Part shown: in pieces, positions 17,752 through 28,087 of the stretch
How positions within the stretch are numbered: the first letter of the stretch is position 1
Layout of the letters: every line of letters starts with the position of its first letter
Source of the DNA: a virus
IMG/VR virus record: IMGVR_UViG_3300026488_000019
Span: 20,996 to 84,995 of that record
Reading direction: 5' to 3' (one strand)
Length of the DNA: 64,000 nucleotides
Notes under the pieces: model-generated
The model's database searches: none
What the model was told of the DNA's origin: nothing
The model's input: only the letters and a program-made list of their open reading frames with translations
Position numbers and translations under genes: made by a program

Positions 17752-19137
17752 CTTGAGGAATGATTCAGCTATCCTTACTGTTCTGGGTTTAAGGAATTTA
17801 GGAGAATCCTCTTTGGTTTCATTTACCTTAGACGAGGAAACTTTATATTTGTTAACATACTTAGCTGATTCAGTCATCTTAGAAAGAACTTCTTTAGCTT
17901 CCTCTACTCCTAACTTAGAAACTAACCTTTCTACAACTTCCTTGTCTGCTTTAAACTCTTTAGCGAGTTCCTCTACTTGCTTGTTGAGTTTTTCTTCCTT
18001 AAGCTTAAGGAGAACTTGTTCTATACCTTTAAGGAATTCTTCAACCTCTTCTAATGAACCTACCCTAGACTGAAAGTCTGCTAGTTTTTCTAGTGTGGAT
18101 TTAGCTTTTTCTAATGTTTCCTTAATTTCTTCAGGAGTACCTAGCTCAAGGTACTTTTCAAGAGTTTCTTTAGACTTGAGGAGAGACTTTTCAACTTCTT
18201 CAGGAGAACCTATTTTGAGGTAAGCTTTGAGGATTTCCTCAGACTCTTTTAGAGCCTCTTTAATCTCTTCAGGAGTACCTAATACTTCATACTTAGCAAG
18301 AGTTTCTTTGAGAGATTTGAGCTCCTCTTCTACCTTAGTGAGGGATTCCTTTACAGATTTAGCTTCCTCTTGATTCTTTTGGAGCTCTTCAAGTTGTCTT
18401 TTGAGTTCTTCGTTTTCCTTAAGAACCTTGTCTAGTTCCTTTTCCAATTCTACTTTCTCTTTAGTAAGTTGTTCAAGGACTTGCTCCATAGCCATATTTT
18501 TATCCTCCTTAACCTGAATTTGATTAAAGTTAGCTTGGTTGTCTGATATACTACATATACCTCCTATACACTCTTTTAAGTCTTGCTTTATGGATTCAAC
18601 TAGTTCAGGGTTGGCTTGTAAGAATCCTGGATCATAAACGAAGTCAAATCCTATTAGTTCATACTTATCAGGGTTTAAAGCTGGAACTTTACCAGTAGGG
18701 TCTTTACCTTCGTATTCTCCAAATGCTCTAGAAGATACATAGAGTTTAGCTCCTGCTCTTAAGAGAGTATTAAGAACCCTACCAGCAGGAGTGTTAAGGA
18801 TTAAAGCTTCTCCTATACCTCTACCTTGTTCATCTATGTAAAGGTTAGTTACTATGTGAGAAATCTTACCTTCTGCTATTGTGTTGTCGTTTATAGGGGT
18901 ATCGTGACCAATAGTACCAAACATTCGTCTTTCTTTAAGTTTCTTTTTGATGTTTGGGTTGGATATTACCTTTTCCCAGAGCTTACGAGGGTAAAAGCGA
19001 TTATTTCTAGAGTAGCCATCTGGTACAAAGAATTGGCCTTTTACCTTACCTAAGATGTGAATACCATCTACTTCGTTAGACTCTTGCAGTGTGAACTGAA
19101 TTTGTGGTTCTATGAGGTCAACTAACCTTTCCATCAT
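17749..19137 (-). CDS. Prohead protease (gp21-like) fused to a coiled-coil scaffold; internal start at 18495
   Basis: SRNNRFYP, GTIGHD, LNTPAG, VSSRAFG and GFDFVYDPGF motifs; C-terminal GTPEEIKE repeats; AAGGAGG before the in-frame ATG at 18495. Confidence 0.9.
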   Translation of the reverse strand: MMERLVDLIEPQIQFTLQESNEVDGIHILGKVKGQFFVPDGYSRNNRFYPRKLWEKVISNPNIKKKLKERRMFGTIGHDTPINDNTIAEGKISHIVTNLYIDEQGRGIGEALILNTPAGRVLNTLLRAGAKLYVSSRAFGEYEGKDPTGKVPALNPDKYELIGFDFVYDPGFLQANPELVESIKQDLKECIGGICSISDNQANFNQIQVKEDKNMAMEQVLEQLTKEKVELEKELDKVLKENEELKRQLEELQKNQEEAKSVKESLTKVEEELKSLKETLAKYEVLGTPEEIKEALKESEEILKAYLKIGSPEEVEKSLLKSKETLEKYLELGTPEEIKETLEKAKSTLEKLADFQSRVGSLEEVEEFLKGIEQVLLKLKEEKLNKQVEELAKEFKADKEVVERLVSKLGVEEAKEVLSKMTESAKYVNKYKVSSSKVNETKEDSPKFLKPRTVRIAESFLK

Positions 19138-20059
19138 ATTTCCTCACTAATTCAAGGAATAGTGAAACTGGGATTGTTTTTATGATTTGGCACTGAGAAC
19201 CTTTTATGTTAGAGTAGCTAATACTAGGGTAGTCGTAAGCAACTCTATTTTTCTCTAATGAGTCAAATAGTACCTTAGACTTATCTCCTGATATTATCAA
19301 TGCATGGTTTACTTTAGGTTCGCCTTGCTGTGATAAGGTTACAGAAGGATTACTACCACAAGATACTAAAGCTATTAAGTGAGAGTGGTACTTATCAGGG
19401 TTGTTATAAACCTGCTTTGCTACCTGAGCATAGCAGGAAGAGTTAGCAGGGTTGTTAGAGAGGGAGAAAAGTAGCATTTTCTTTAACACATCTTTTACTG
19501 TAAACAAGTCCTCTCCTATTATGTCTAGGAGGAACTCTACATCCTCTTTATCAAGCTTATTCTCTATAAGAACCTTCTTTTCAATTTCATCTATTAGAGG
19601 TAATACTTCTTCAGTAAAGAGTTCATACTCAACTTCTTCTAGGAGAGGCTTGTAGTAAACTCCTTCTATATACCAATGGGTTTTAAGACTGGAAAGTAGC
19701 TTGAGGAATTCGTATCTTTCTAATGGAGATAAGTAAGATTCGCTCCTGAATAACCTAGTAGCTAAGAATCTACCTAGTGCTCTGTGAAACCTTTTACCAG
19801 ATATAGATTTGTGCCACTTTCTTAGAGCTAAGAGGTATTTAGTTCTGTACCTTTTCCAGTTTTGCTTTTGAATTAAAGAACGCTTCCTATCCTTTAACCT
19901 CTTCTTTAGAGGTTTACGACGCTTAATAATACCTTGCCAGATTTCTTCAATGGCTTCCTGTGAGAGTTTCTCTACATCACTAAGGGTTTCATATTGGTTT
20001 AACAAACCTGCTTCAGAAAGAAGCAATATTTTGTCGTTTGGGTCTCTAAACTTTATCAT
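19118..20059 (-). CDS. Head morphogenesis protein (possible prohead core)
   Basis: Very basic segment RRKPLKKRLKDRKRS...KWHKSISGKRFHR; upstream of the protease. Confidence 0.45.
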   Translation of the reverse strand: MIKFRDPNDKILLLSEAGLLNQYETLSDVEKLSQEAIEEIWQGIIKRRKPLKKRLKDRKRSLIQKQNWKRYRTKYLLALRKWHKSISGKRFHRALGRFLATRLFRSESYLSPLERYEFLKLLSSLKTHWYIEGVYYKPLLEEVEYELFTEEVLPLIDEIEKKVLIENKLDKEDVEFLLDIIGEDLFTVKDVLKKMLLFSLSNNPANSSCYAQVAKQVYNNPDKYHSHLIALVSCGSNPSVTLSQQGEPKVNHALIISGDKSKVLFDSLEKNRVAYDYPSISYSNIKGSQCQIIKTIPVSLFLELVRKYDGKVS

Positions 20060-20095
20060 TGGGTTGCCCTTTAGCGTATTCTTCTAAAATTTAAC

Positions 20096-21355
20096 TTATA
20101 GGTTAGTCAATCCCCACTTATAACCATAGTCTTGTTTAATTGGTTTTGGACAAGAGCCTACAAAATCAAAGAAGTCCTGAGTTGATTTTACTGATAAAGC
20201 TATGTAAGGGAATTTCTTTTTGGTTTTGTATTCAGTTCCAGTTCTTAAATATGCTTTTAATCCAAGTTTATTAAGTTGTTCTACCAAAAAGTTAACCTCT
20301 TCAAAAGTAAAACAATTGGTAGCAAAATGGATGAAAGGTTTACCTTTTGATGGTTTAATTAGACTCCCATCACCAATATACCAATGAAGAACAACTGTTG
20401 GAGTAAGTTTTAAATCTTTTGGTATTATCTTCTTTCCATTCCGATACCATCTATGATATTGCTCTGTTAAACAAGGATATTTTCTTGTAGAAAAATAAAA
20501 TGCTATACTACCAGGTTTAAATCCTTTTTCATTGACCTTTTCATAAATTTTACCACACTCCAAACCTTCATCAATAAACTGTTGTCTTAGCCACTCTATA
20601 TAATTCTTGTGTTTATCAGTATGCTGATAACAAGAATTAGAGTTTAAAGATTTTGGTTTAGCTAAAGACCCATCTCCAAGTAATAACCCATCCAAAACTT
20701 GCTTAAAATAATCTGAAAGTTGGTGATAAAAGTTAGAAACGGAAGAATTAGCTTCATTTACATTCCTTATAGGAATATTATACTTCTTTAATAAATTAGA
20801 AACAGTTTTATAATGAATTCCTAACTCCTTTGCAATTTCTTTTATTGACTTCTTTTTAATTACATATTCTTGATATAACCACTCTCTTCCAATAGCGGGT
20901 TTAAACTTTTCTCTTGATACAAAACCAAATTTATCAAACCAATATTTAACTGAAGAAGGATCTACATCACATTCTTCAGCAATTTGTTTTATAGATTTTT
21001 CTTTAACATAATACTCATTATAAAGCCATTCTTTATTAGTGTACTTTCCTTTCTTATGCCATCTTCTTATTGGTATTCCAAATTTCTTTAACCACTTTAA
21101 TATAACAGTTTCAGAAACCCCTAATTCTTCTGCTATCTGAATAGTTGATTTTCCTAACTTTACATATTGTTCCTCTAACCATTCTTTGTTTTGATAAAGT
21201 TTCTCTGGATAACCTAATCCAAATTTTCTTGCCCACTTCTCAATAGTATCTCTATTAACTCCTAACTCTTTCGCCACTTGAATTCTTGATTTACCTTTTA
21301 CAATTAATTCATTATACAACCAATCTCTATTCCTGTAAGGTTTATTCTTAAACAT
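20096..21355 (-). CDS. Free-standing LAGLIDADG homing endonuclease with four N-terminal HTH repeats
   Basis: Repeats of the form WLY.EY...KS..QIA.ELGV....W..KFGI; GLLLGDG and WYIGDG motifs; more AT-rich than its neighbours. Confidence 0.85.
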   Translation of the reverse strand: MFKNKPYRNRDWLYNELIVKGKSRIQVAKELGVNRDTIEKWARKFGLGYPEKLYQNKEWLEEQYVKLGKSTIQIAEELGVSETVILKWLKKFGIPIRRWHKKGKYTNKEWLYNEYYVKEKSIKQIAEECDVDPSSVKYWFDKFGFVSREKFKPAIGREWLYQEYVIKKKSIKEIAKELGIHYKTVSNLLKKYNIPIRNVNEANSSVSNFYHQLSDYFKQVLDGLLLGDGSLAKPKSLNSNSCYQHTDKHKNYIEWLRQQFIDEGLECGKIYEKVNEKGFKPGSIAFYFSTRKYPCLTEQYHRWYRNGKKIIPKDLKLTPTVVLHWYIGDGSLIKPSKGKPFIHFATNCFTFEEVNFLVEQLNKLGLKAYLRTGTEYKTKKKFPYIALSVKSTQDFFDFVGSCPKPIKQDYGYKWGLTNL

Positions 21356-21930
21356 TACTTTTTCCTACCACCATCTTTATACTTCATAACATTCCAAACA
21401 ATTTTCCCTTTAATTATTCTATGTTTAATTAAATATTCTGTCAATAAACATAGATGTTTTCCGATTTGGGGAATGTTCATAGGATTACGGATTTTAGCAG
21501 GTACTTTATTCCAGAGAGAAGGTCTACCAAATAAAGCTCCATGAGAATAAAGAGCATAAGCCAGGAAATATCTAAAAGACTCACAAGAACACCTTACTGC
21601 TACTGGTAAATCCCAACTCCAATCTATATTAGTATTAGGTCTCGCTAACTGTAAGACACAGCTATGATATTTCCCTGGTCTTGAAACCGATTTAACATAA
21701 GCATGGACAGTCATTACCAACTCATCTTCAGTTAACTCTATCCTTCTAATCTTCACAGGTTGAGGAGGAATGGGATCGTACTTATAGACAGAGTAGGGGA
21801 AGTTCAAATAAATCTGTTTTAATGTTACCCTACTCTTTCTCCTTAACCTTTTTGGAACTTCTACTATCTGAGATGGGTCAGGTTTATTAGACTTTTCTAG
21901 CAATCTTAAAACCTCTTGAGATAGGTTCAT
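21355..21930 (-). CDS. SWIM-like zinc-finger head-region protein
   Basis: VRCSCESFRY...RNP...KHL. Confidence 0.55.
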   Translation of the reverse strand: MNLSQEVLRLLEKSNKPDPSQIVEVPKRLRRKSRVTLKQIYLNFPYSVYKYDPIPPQPVKIRRIELTEDELVMTVHAYVKSVSRPGKYHSCVLQLARPNTNIDWSWDLPVAVRCSCESFRYFLAYALYSHGALFGRPSLWNKVPAKIRNPMNIPQIGKHLCLLTEYLIKHRIIKGKIVWNVMKYKDGGRKK

Positions 21931-21932
21931 TA

Positions 21933-22436
21933 CTACTTACCTTTAGAAAGCTTTTTGAGTTCTGTGAAGAGGGTTATAAAGGCTTCTCTCATACCCTTTA
22001 ATACTGAGTCCTGTTCAAACTTCTTTACTGATGATAAAGTATCTTGAGAAAGCTCTTCTTTAGATATTACTAGTTTAGTTTGTAATCTTTGAGGTAGTCC
22101 TGGAACATATTCTCTAGCTTTGGAAAAGCCTGCTGAAACTTGAAGAACCACTCTATCAGAAAGCTCATTAGCTAAAACCTGAAGAGAGGCTACTGAGTAT
22201 CTAACATCAGGCTTCTTAGAAAAGTCTAACCAGATTCCATCTTTCTTAGTAAACTTTACTTTTACTATTGCCTCATAGGTAAAGGATCTTCCAGGAAAGA
22301 TAGCATCTTGAGGGTCAGTAGGCCACTCTGGTATTAGGTACATTAAAAGTTCTCTTATTAACCATCTTAAATTTAGGTCTTGCTTATCAGTTAGCTCTTC
22401 TAACAAGAGGTTGAGGTTATCTATTAACCTTCCCAT
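21933..22436 (-). CDS. Hypothetical protein (possible internal head protein)
   Basis: AGGAG SD; N-terminal RLIDNLNLLLEE. Confidence 0.6.
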   Translation of the reverse strand: MGRLIDNLNLLLEELTDKQDLNLRWLIRELLMYLIPEWPTDPQDAIFPGRSFTYEAIVKVKFTKKDGIWLDFSKKPDVRYSVASLQVLANELSDRVVLQVSAGFSKAREYVPGLPQRLQTKLVISKEELSQDTLSSVKKFEQDSVLKGMREAFITLFTELKKLSKGK

Positions 22437-22448
22437 TTACTACTCCTC

Positions 22449-23045
22449 TTAGATTAATATTGAAGATTGTTGAAGCTTCTCTATTGTGTCTTCATAAAGT
22501 TTTTGTCCTTCAGATGCAAGTATTTCGGAATCATTGGTAATTGGAAGATCACCAAGATGGAACGCTCTCCTACTCCTAGCTAATCCCACTAAGAACTCTG
22601 CTGTTATTAAGTCTAGGTAAAGCTCATCCTCAAGTTCTATAAACTTTTTACCTGAATCATCAGTTTTGACTTCCCACTCAAACCAAGCTATAACTTCTGC
22701 TTTACCATTAAAGTTAGTATAAAGAGTAGGTTTCCTATACTCCCACTCTACGAATGGAATATTACCAGATTGAGTAGCTATCTGTAACAGTGGATTGAAT
22801 ACAGTAGAATAACAAGGTGTTACATCTGATATATAGTGAGGAATGTTTTCAGTAAAAGTGTACTGGTAGTTAGTTAGGGTTATAAAGAGCTTTTCCCTAA
22901 TAGGCTTATACTTAGAGTAGGTTTTGAGGGTCTTTTTAACTAAAGTTTCAAACTTATCGTAGTCTAGTTCTACATCATCTTTACCTATTAAAAATTGACC
23001 TGAGCGAATAAGGATTAGATTAAAGAGCTCTTCTAAGGTTAACAT
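22449..23045 (-). CDS. Neck / head-tail adaptor (gp13-like)
   Basis: ALxxYS-like KTLKTYSKYKP and C-terminal RSRRAF..DSEILASEGQ; gene order. Confidence 0.6.
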   Translation of the reverse strand: MLTLEELFNLILIRSGQFLIGKDDVELDYDKFETLVKKTLKTYSKYKPIREKLFITLTNYQYTFTENIPHYISDVTPCYSTVFNPLLQIATQSGNIPFVEWEYRKPTLYTNFNGKAEVIAWFEWEVKTDDSGKKFIELEDELYLDLITAEFLVGLARSRRAFHLGDLPITNDSEILASEGQKLYEDTIEKLQQSSILI

Positions 23046-23048
23046 TGA

Positions 23049-23297
23049 TTAATCCTCTTTCTTAGGTTTCCTACCTCTCTTAGGTTTAGAATCTTGCTTT
23101 ACCTCTTTAGGAGAATCTTCTTTAATAGGTTGAGGTTTAGGTTCTTTAGTTACTACTTTTAGTAAACCTTTAGTGAGGAGTAGTTTTACTGGAGGTAAAT
23201 TGGCTAATTCCTCAGAATACTGAGTAGGAAATTCGTATCTTTTGCCTTTGTAGTTTACTATGACTTTACCTTTAGCAGTAGGTTTTATGATTTTCAT
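23049..23297 (-). CDS. Small basic hypothetical protein
   Basis: GGAGG SD; PKRGRKPK tail. Confidence 0.6.
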   Translation of the reverse strand: MKIIKPTAKGKVIVNYKGKRYEFPTQYSEELANLPPVKLLLTKGLLKVVTKEPKPQPIKEDSPKEVKQDSKPKRGRKPKKED

Positions 23298-23309
23298 TAG
23301 TAGTCCTCC

Positions 23310-23915
23310 TTAACTTACCTTACACTTTTTAAGCTTAAACTTAGGTTGTAGTGGTTGAGCTTTTACTCTTTTAAGATTAGCTTTAACTATCTCAGGTAGT
23401 TTTCCTTTCCTTACTAGAGGTAATCTCTCTCTACGATTACCTCTTATAACATGGTAAGATTCAGGTATTAACTTACCAGCTAAGAGTAGAGCTGATACTA
23501 CAGACTTCTTAAGCCAAGTTAGAGGTTCATCCCAATCTATTCCTGCTGATATAGTGTAGTAAGCTAGTGGAACTTCTAGGTTAGTTAAATTTACTTCTAT
23601 TGGTTCATCATCTGGACTAACTACTACTGCTAATACTTCATTATCTACTACTGTAAAGAATACATCTACCTCTTCCTTAGTTTCAGGGTTAGTAAACCTG
23701 ATTAAAAGTTCTCCAGTGTTAGGGTCAAAGGAAAGGATTCTAGGTTCTATGTTAGAGTAGCCTAAGTAGTTGAGATACTCCTTAAACCTGTTTTCTAACT
23801 CCTGTATGTCTAACTCTACTTCATCATAGGTTATTAAAGCTAGAGGGTTACTAGGAATAACTCCTAAAGTTGATAAATCTTCTAGCATTAAGTTAAGTTG
23901 TTGGATTAGCTTCAT
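23310..23915 (-). CDS. Head-region hypothetical protein
   Basis: Follows the portal; N-terminal KLIQQLNLMLED. Confidence 0.6.
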   Translation of the reverse strand: MKLIQQLNLMLEDLSTLGVIPSNPLALITYDEVELDIQELENRFKEYLNYLGYSNIEPRILSFDPNTGELLIRFTNPETKEEVDVFFTVVDNEVLAVVVSPDDEPIEVNLTNLEVPLAYYTISAGIDWDEPLTWLKKSVVSALLLAGKLIPESYHVIRGNRRERLPLVRKGKLPEIVKANLKRVKAQPLQPKFKLKKCKVS

Positions 23916-25407
23916 AGTCTTGTTCCTCTCCAGGAAGTTGAATTAAGGAGTCTAAACCTATCTTACTGAGTTCATTGTTAAGATATTCAGCAAAGCCTTC
24001 TGTGTTTACATATTGAGAAAGGTTTTCATCACTCTGTAAATCATTAACGAACCTGTGGATGTCTGAAAGGTTTTGAGTTATGGTTACTGTGTACTCAATC
24101 TTATCTAAGTCGTCTATGTTGATAATAGAGTTAGTAAACCTGATTGAGAAGTCTTCAGGAGTCACTGATATACCTTTGTTGATAAGATGGATAAGAGTAA
24201 GCTCTCTTAACCCATCTACAATAGCTTTCTGTATGTACTTAAGCTTACGATAGTACCTAGAGTACCTCTTTAAGATTTCGTTCTTAGTACTATCTCCTGA
24301 GTTGAAAATAAGTTCAGGAGGAATACCTACACTGGTTAATATAACTTGCCTTAAGTCTTGAATTGAATCTAAAAGGTTGGAAGACTCTTCAGGTTTGTAG
24401 TCCAGTTTAGTAATTTGACCTTTCTCTGAGGTAACAGGTATTACTTTTACCCTACCAGCTCCTTTTAGGATTTCTACTATTGAGAGCTGGTCTAGGTCTT
24501 TATCTACTGATATGCCTAAAGAGTTAAGCTTCCTCTCTAGTTGTTTAGCAAAGTTTAAAGCTTCTTCAGGGGACATAGAAGGAGGTACATATACTCCTAC
24601 TACATTACCTTTAGAGAGGAGTTGGATTTGAGAAGCAGGTATTAGCTTTTCTAGTAAGTCAAGTTCTTTAATCTTCTTAATAACTCCTGATGTAAAGAGA
24701 GGAGTTCCTATCTTGAGGAAGGAGGGTAGCTTCTTCCTCTCTTCCTCACTAAAGTAAGATAAGAACCCTTTACCTAACTTTAACCTGATTCTTCTAGCAT
24801 TAACAAAGAATACTATGAAGTCTGTTGGATTGTAGTAGAAATTAGGTTTACCTTTGTCATCTAACTTGAGGTAGAACTCTAAATCAGTACCTTTATAGAA
24901 AGGTATTACTTCATAAGGTAAGTAGTCATCTTTGATTTCTACTATACCTTGACCTTCCTCTATTATTGGCTTAAGAGTGTAAGAACCAAAAGCTATTAGG
25001 TCTGGAGTTATGTCTTGTACTAACCTATCTATATCAAACCTGAGTTGGAAGTCCTCTAAAGCTTTAGCTAATTCTGAGTTATCAATATTAGGAGTTATCT
25101 CTATAATGTTATCTGATGATACATCAGGAGTTAACGTATCAAAGGTAAATTGGTCTAGGATTACTTCTGCTATATAGGTTTCCCTTACCCTTTCTATTTC
25201 CTTATAGAACTTTTGATAATCCCTAGAAACCTCTAGGTACTTAGAAACTACCTCTGTTATTACTTTGTAGTCCTTTTGGGTAAACTGAATAGGAGAGTTA
25301 GTTGAATTGGTTTGAGTTGGTTTGTAGTTTTCAGGTAAGTTTAGCTCTAACCCTAAACCTGAAAGTATTTTAGATAGCAATCCCATTTTAGTTTCCTTGT
25401 CATTCAA
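23893..25407 (-). CDS. Portal protein
   Basis: About 500 aa, downstream of the terminase; LTSVGIPPELI..RYSRYYRKLKYIQ portal-like region. Confidence 0.8.
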   Translation of the reverse strand: MNDKETKMGLLSKILSGLGLELNLPENYKPTQTNSTNSPIQFTQKDYKVITEVVSKYLEVSRDYQKFYKEIERVRETYIAEVILDQFTFDTLTPDVSSDNIIEITPNIDNSELAKALEDFQLRFDIDRLVQDITPDLIAFGSYTLKPIIEEGQGIVEIKDDYLPYEVIPFYKGTDLEFYLKLDDKGKPNFYYNPTDFIVFFVNARRIRLKLGKGFLSYFSEEERKKLPSFLKIGTPLFTSGVIKKIKELDLLEKLIPASQIQLLSKGNVVGVYVPPSMSPEEALNFAKQLERKLNSLGISVDKDLDQLSIVEILKGAGRVKVIPVTSEKGQITKLDYKPEESSNLLDSIQDLRQVILTSVGIPPELIFNSGDSTKNEILKRYSRYYRKLKYIQKAIVDGLRELTLIHLINKGISVTPEDFSIRFTNSIINIDDLDKIEYTVTITQNLSDIHRFVNDLQSDENLSQYVNTEGFAEYLNNELSKIGLDSLIQLPGEEQDYEANPTT

Positions 25408-26173
25408 AGGTTAAGTGTTCTATCTTTAGGTTAAAACTTCTTTTAGTAGCATTAGGTATATTAGGTAGTTCTATCTTTACAGTACCATTTACACTGGGAG
25501 GATAGGCCTGAGCTGAACCATATCCTCCATACTCCATAGAAAAGGAAGGTACATTTATGTAGTAAGTTTTGTGGAATCTAATCCTAGAGTGTTTTCTATC
25601 TATTATGTACTTTTGGTCTGCTGTTACTATGAAGTCATGAGTGTGACCTGTTAGGATTATATCTGCATTAGGGAAAATATTACCAAACCTGTGCAGATTG
25701 TTTATCTTACCTCCCTTTAACCTACCTCCTCCTATTCCATGATGCAGTACCAAGTACCAAGCTGTTTTAGGTAGAGAAACTTTTAAGACTAGGAAGTCTG
25801 GAGAATAGAACCTTTCTAAAGTTAGCTTTCTCATTAAGAGAGATAGGATATCTAGTCCTACTGATTTGGATATACGGTTTTCGTGGTTTCCACTTACTAC
25901 TCCTATTATCCTATCTCTAATAGGTTTTAAGACTGAAACTGCTAACCTGATTTCTTCATCAATTGATTTGGCTTTATAAGGATTACCTTTACTACCTATG
26001 ATAGCTGACTCTAGCAAGTCTCCTAATAATACTACCCTAACATTAGGATTAGATGTTATATAGTTAAGAGCTGAGTGGATTTTGCGTAGGTTACAAGTTT
26101 CTGAACCTAAGTGTAAGTCTGAGAGTGGTATTAACTCAATTGAGTCTTGTTCTTTTACTGTTATGAACTTCAC
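25400..26173 (-). CDS. Calcineurin-like metallophosphoesterase
   Basis: DLHLG, GDLLE, GNHE, HHG and GHTH motifs. Confidence 0.9.
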   Translation of the reverse strand: MKFITVKEQDSIELIPLSDLHLGSETCNLRKIHSALNYITSNPNVRVVLLGDLLESAIIGSKGNPYKAKSIDEEIRLAVSVLKPIRDRIIGVVSGNHENRISKSVGLDILSLLMRKLTLERFYSPDFLVLKVSLPKTAWYLVLHHGIGGGRLKGGKINNLHRFGNIFPNADIILTGHTHDFIVTADQKYIIDRKHSRIRFHKTYYINVPSFSMEYGGYGSAQAYPPSVNGTVKIELPNIPNATKRSFNLKIEHLTFE

Positions 26174-26190
26174 ATTCAGAAACCTCTTAG

Positions 26191-28056
26191 TTAGTCAAGA
26201 TAACTACCCCAAAACAGTTGAGTTAGAGTTTGGTTTTGTTGAGAGGTATTACCTACTTCTGCTTTATGAATCCTTTGGAAAGCTAACTGTTTGATTAAAT
26301 CTTTATTAGTTACTAAATTCCAGTAAACTCCTACTACTGCATCAGCACCATCCTTACTACCTTTAGTTCCATCAGGAAACTCTTGAGGGTGGTCTATCTT
26401 CTTACCTACATCCTCTACATGCAATAGCTCTTTAATCAGTAAGTCGTGTTTAGGTATCCAAACTCTTTCTTCATATATAGCATCTCTGAAGGAGAGGTAA
26501 GGATCTTTAGTTCTATCTACTGATAAAAGAGCTGTTTTATAACCCATCTGGGTTAACTGTTGCCTCATATCCTCAGACTGGAATCCATCAGTGGTCACCA
26601 TTGCTATTGGGTAACCTAATCTAGAAAGATCTACTATAAACTGCCTTATCTTATAGAATGGGATCCTCTCCCCTGGAAGAGGTTCTAGGTAGGCTACGAA
26701 GTCTATAACTACTTCTGGTTCAGAAAAGGTATGCTTTTCTAAGGTTAGTGGATCAACTCTTTCTATTGTTTTGTAGCCTTTTATGTAACCTGAAGCTATA
26801 CCTGTTCTGTCTCCTGTTATGGAAAGGTCTATATGGATAACTCTAGGAGACTCTTTAAAGAGTGGGTTCTTTAGGTAGTTTATGTTGAAGTAGTTAATTA
26901 AGACATCTGATTTGTCGTTAAAGGAAAGTCTAATTATCTGTTGGTTAACAGGGTTAGTAACAGAGGCTTGTTTTATGAGTATGTTTTTAGTTTTGAATAT
27001 CCTGTGGGTTGAACCTACTGAATAACCAGCTAAATCTCTTATGGCATTGTGTAAGTCTAACTCAAATTTATCCTTTAGCTCTATTGGAACATCTATTACC
27101 TTAGACTCATCTATGTATTGTAGCTGGGATTCATCTTCTATTATGAATGGATCAGTAGTTTCATCTCCTATGAATACTTTGAAAGTTTTACCTGAGTAGA
27201 TGCCTAAGTGCTTTTTAACTTCCCATATAGGGTATTGGAAGATTATTACTCCTTGCTTACCTCTTACCTTTTCTGCATGCTGGGAAACGAAATCAGTAGG
27301 AGATTTCTCTGAAGAAACTAAGCAAAGGTGTCCTGGAAGCTTACCTCCAGCTTGAGCAAATCTAGATTCCATTCTTCTTAGGAGTGCATTGTAAGACTCT
27401 TGAGCTTGGTTAGATATTACATCAAAGTTAGCTTCGTCTAGTATTCCGCCAAATACAGCCATACCAAGGGTATGAGTAAATCTTGAACCTGCTACTATAC
27501 CTATGTTGTTAACAAACCTGATTTCTGATGTTTTCTTGTTCTCAGCATCTAAGTGTTCTTGGAAGAACTCTGAGTTAGCTATTAAGTTTTTGAAAGGCTC
27601 ATATAAAACCTGATCAGCTAGTCCTAGTGTAGCGTTGAAGAGAGCTATTACTATTCTATCAGTAGGAATTAAGTTAAACTTTTTATGAGGGTTTTCCAAT
27701 AGGAGAAGTTTGTAAAGGTCGTAAAGTGTTATAACCCTTGCTATTGAACTCTTACCAACCCCTATCGCACCTCGCAAGATGCACTCATAATAAGGAGAAT
27801 AAAATGGGTTAGGAAAGATTGTTTTTAGAGCTTCTTTCCATACTGGGTATATCTTACCTCCTAAAGAAAGGCCTAAATACTTAGGATGTTCTATAAATGT
27901 TATTATGTCAACTGGAACTTCTTTATAACCTTCTAATTCAGCATATAGTTGGAATAAAGATTGAGGGTCATTTTGGAACTTCTCTATTAGCTTCTTTAGT
28001 ATAGACCTCTCTTTAGGAGGTAAGGTTTTTAGTTTATTGATTAGTTGGTTTAGCAT
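26191..28056 (-). CDS. Terminase large subunit
   Basis: Walker A GAIGVGKS, Walker B ILDEANF; nuclease motifs HIDLS..GD, TTDGFQS and KIDHP..GSKDGADA. Confidence 0.92.
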   Translation of the reverse strand: MLNQLINKLKTLPPKERSILKKLIEKFQNDPQSLFQLYAELEGYKEVPVDIITFIEHPKYLGLSLGGKIYPVWKEALKTIFPNPFYSPYYECILRGAIGVGKSSIARVITLYDLYKLLLLENPHKKFNLIPTDRIVIALFNATLGLADQVLYEPFKNLIANSEFFQEHLDAENKKTSEIRFVNNIGIVAGSRFTHTLGMAVFGGILDEANFDVISNQAQESYNALLRRMESRFAQAGGKLPGHLCLVSSEKSPTDFVSQHAEKVRGKQGVIIFQYPIWEVKKHLGIYSGKTFKVFIGDETTDPFIIEDESQLQYIDESKVIDVPIELKDKFELDLHNAIRDLAGYSVGSTHRIFKTKNILIKQASVTNPVNQQIIRLSFNDKSDVLINYFNINYLKNPLFKESPRVIHIDLSITGDRTGIASGYIKGYKTIERVDPLTLEKHTFSEPEVVIDFVAYLEPLPGERIPFYKIRQFIVDLSRLGYPIAMVTTDGFQSEDMRQQLTQMGYKTALLSVDRTKDPYLSFRDAIYEERVWIPKHDLLIKELLHVEDVGKKIDHPQEFPDGTKGSKDGADAVVGVYWNLVTNKDLIKQLAFQRIHKAEVGNTSQQNQTLTQLFWGSYLD

Positions 28057-28087
28057 TATTGAACTCTTTTTAGAGTGTTATGGATTT

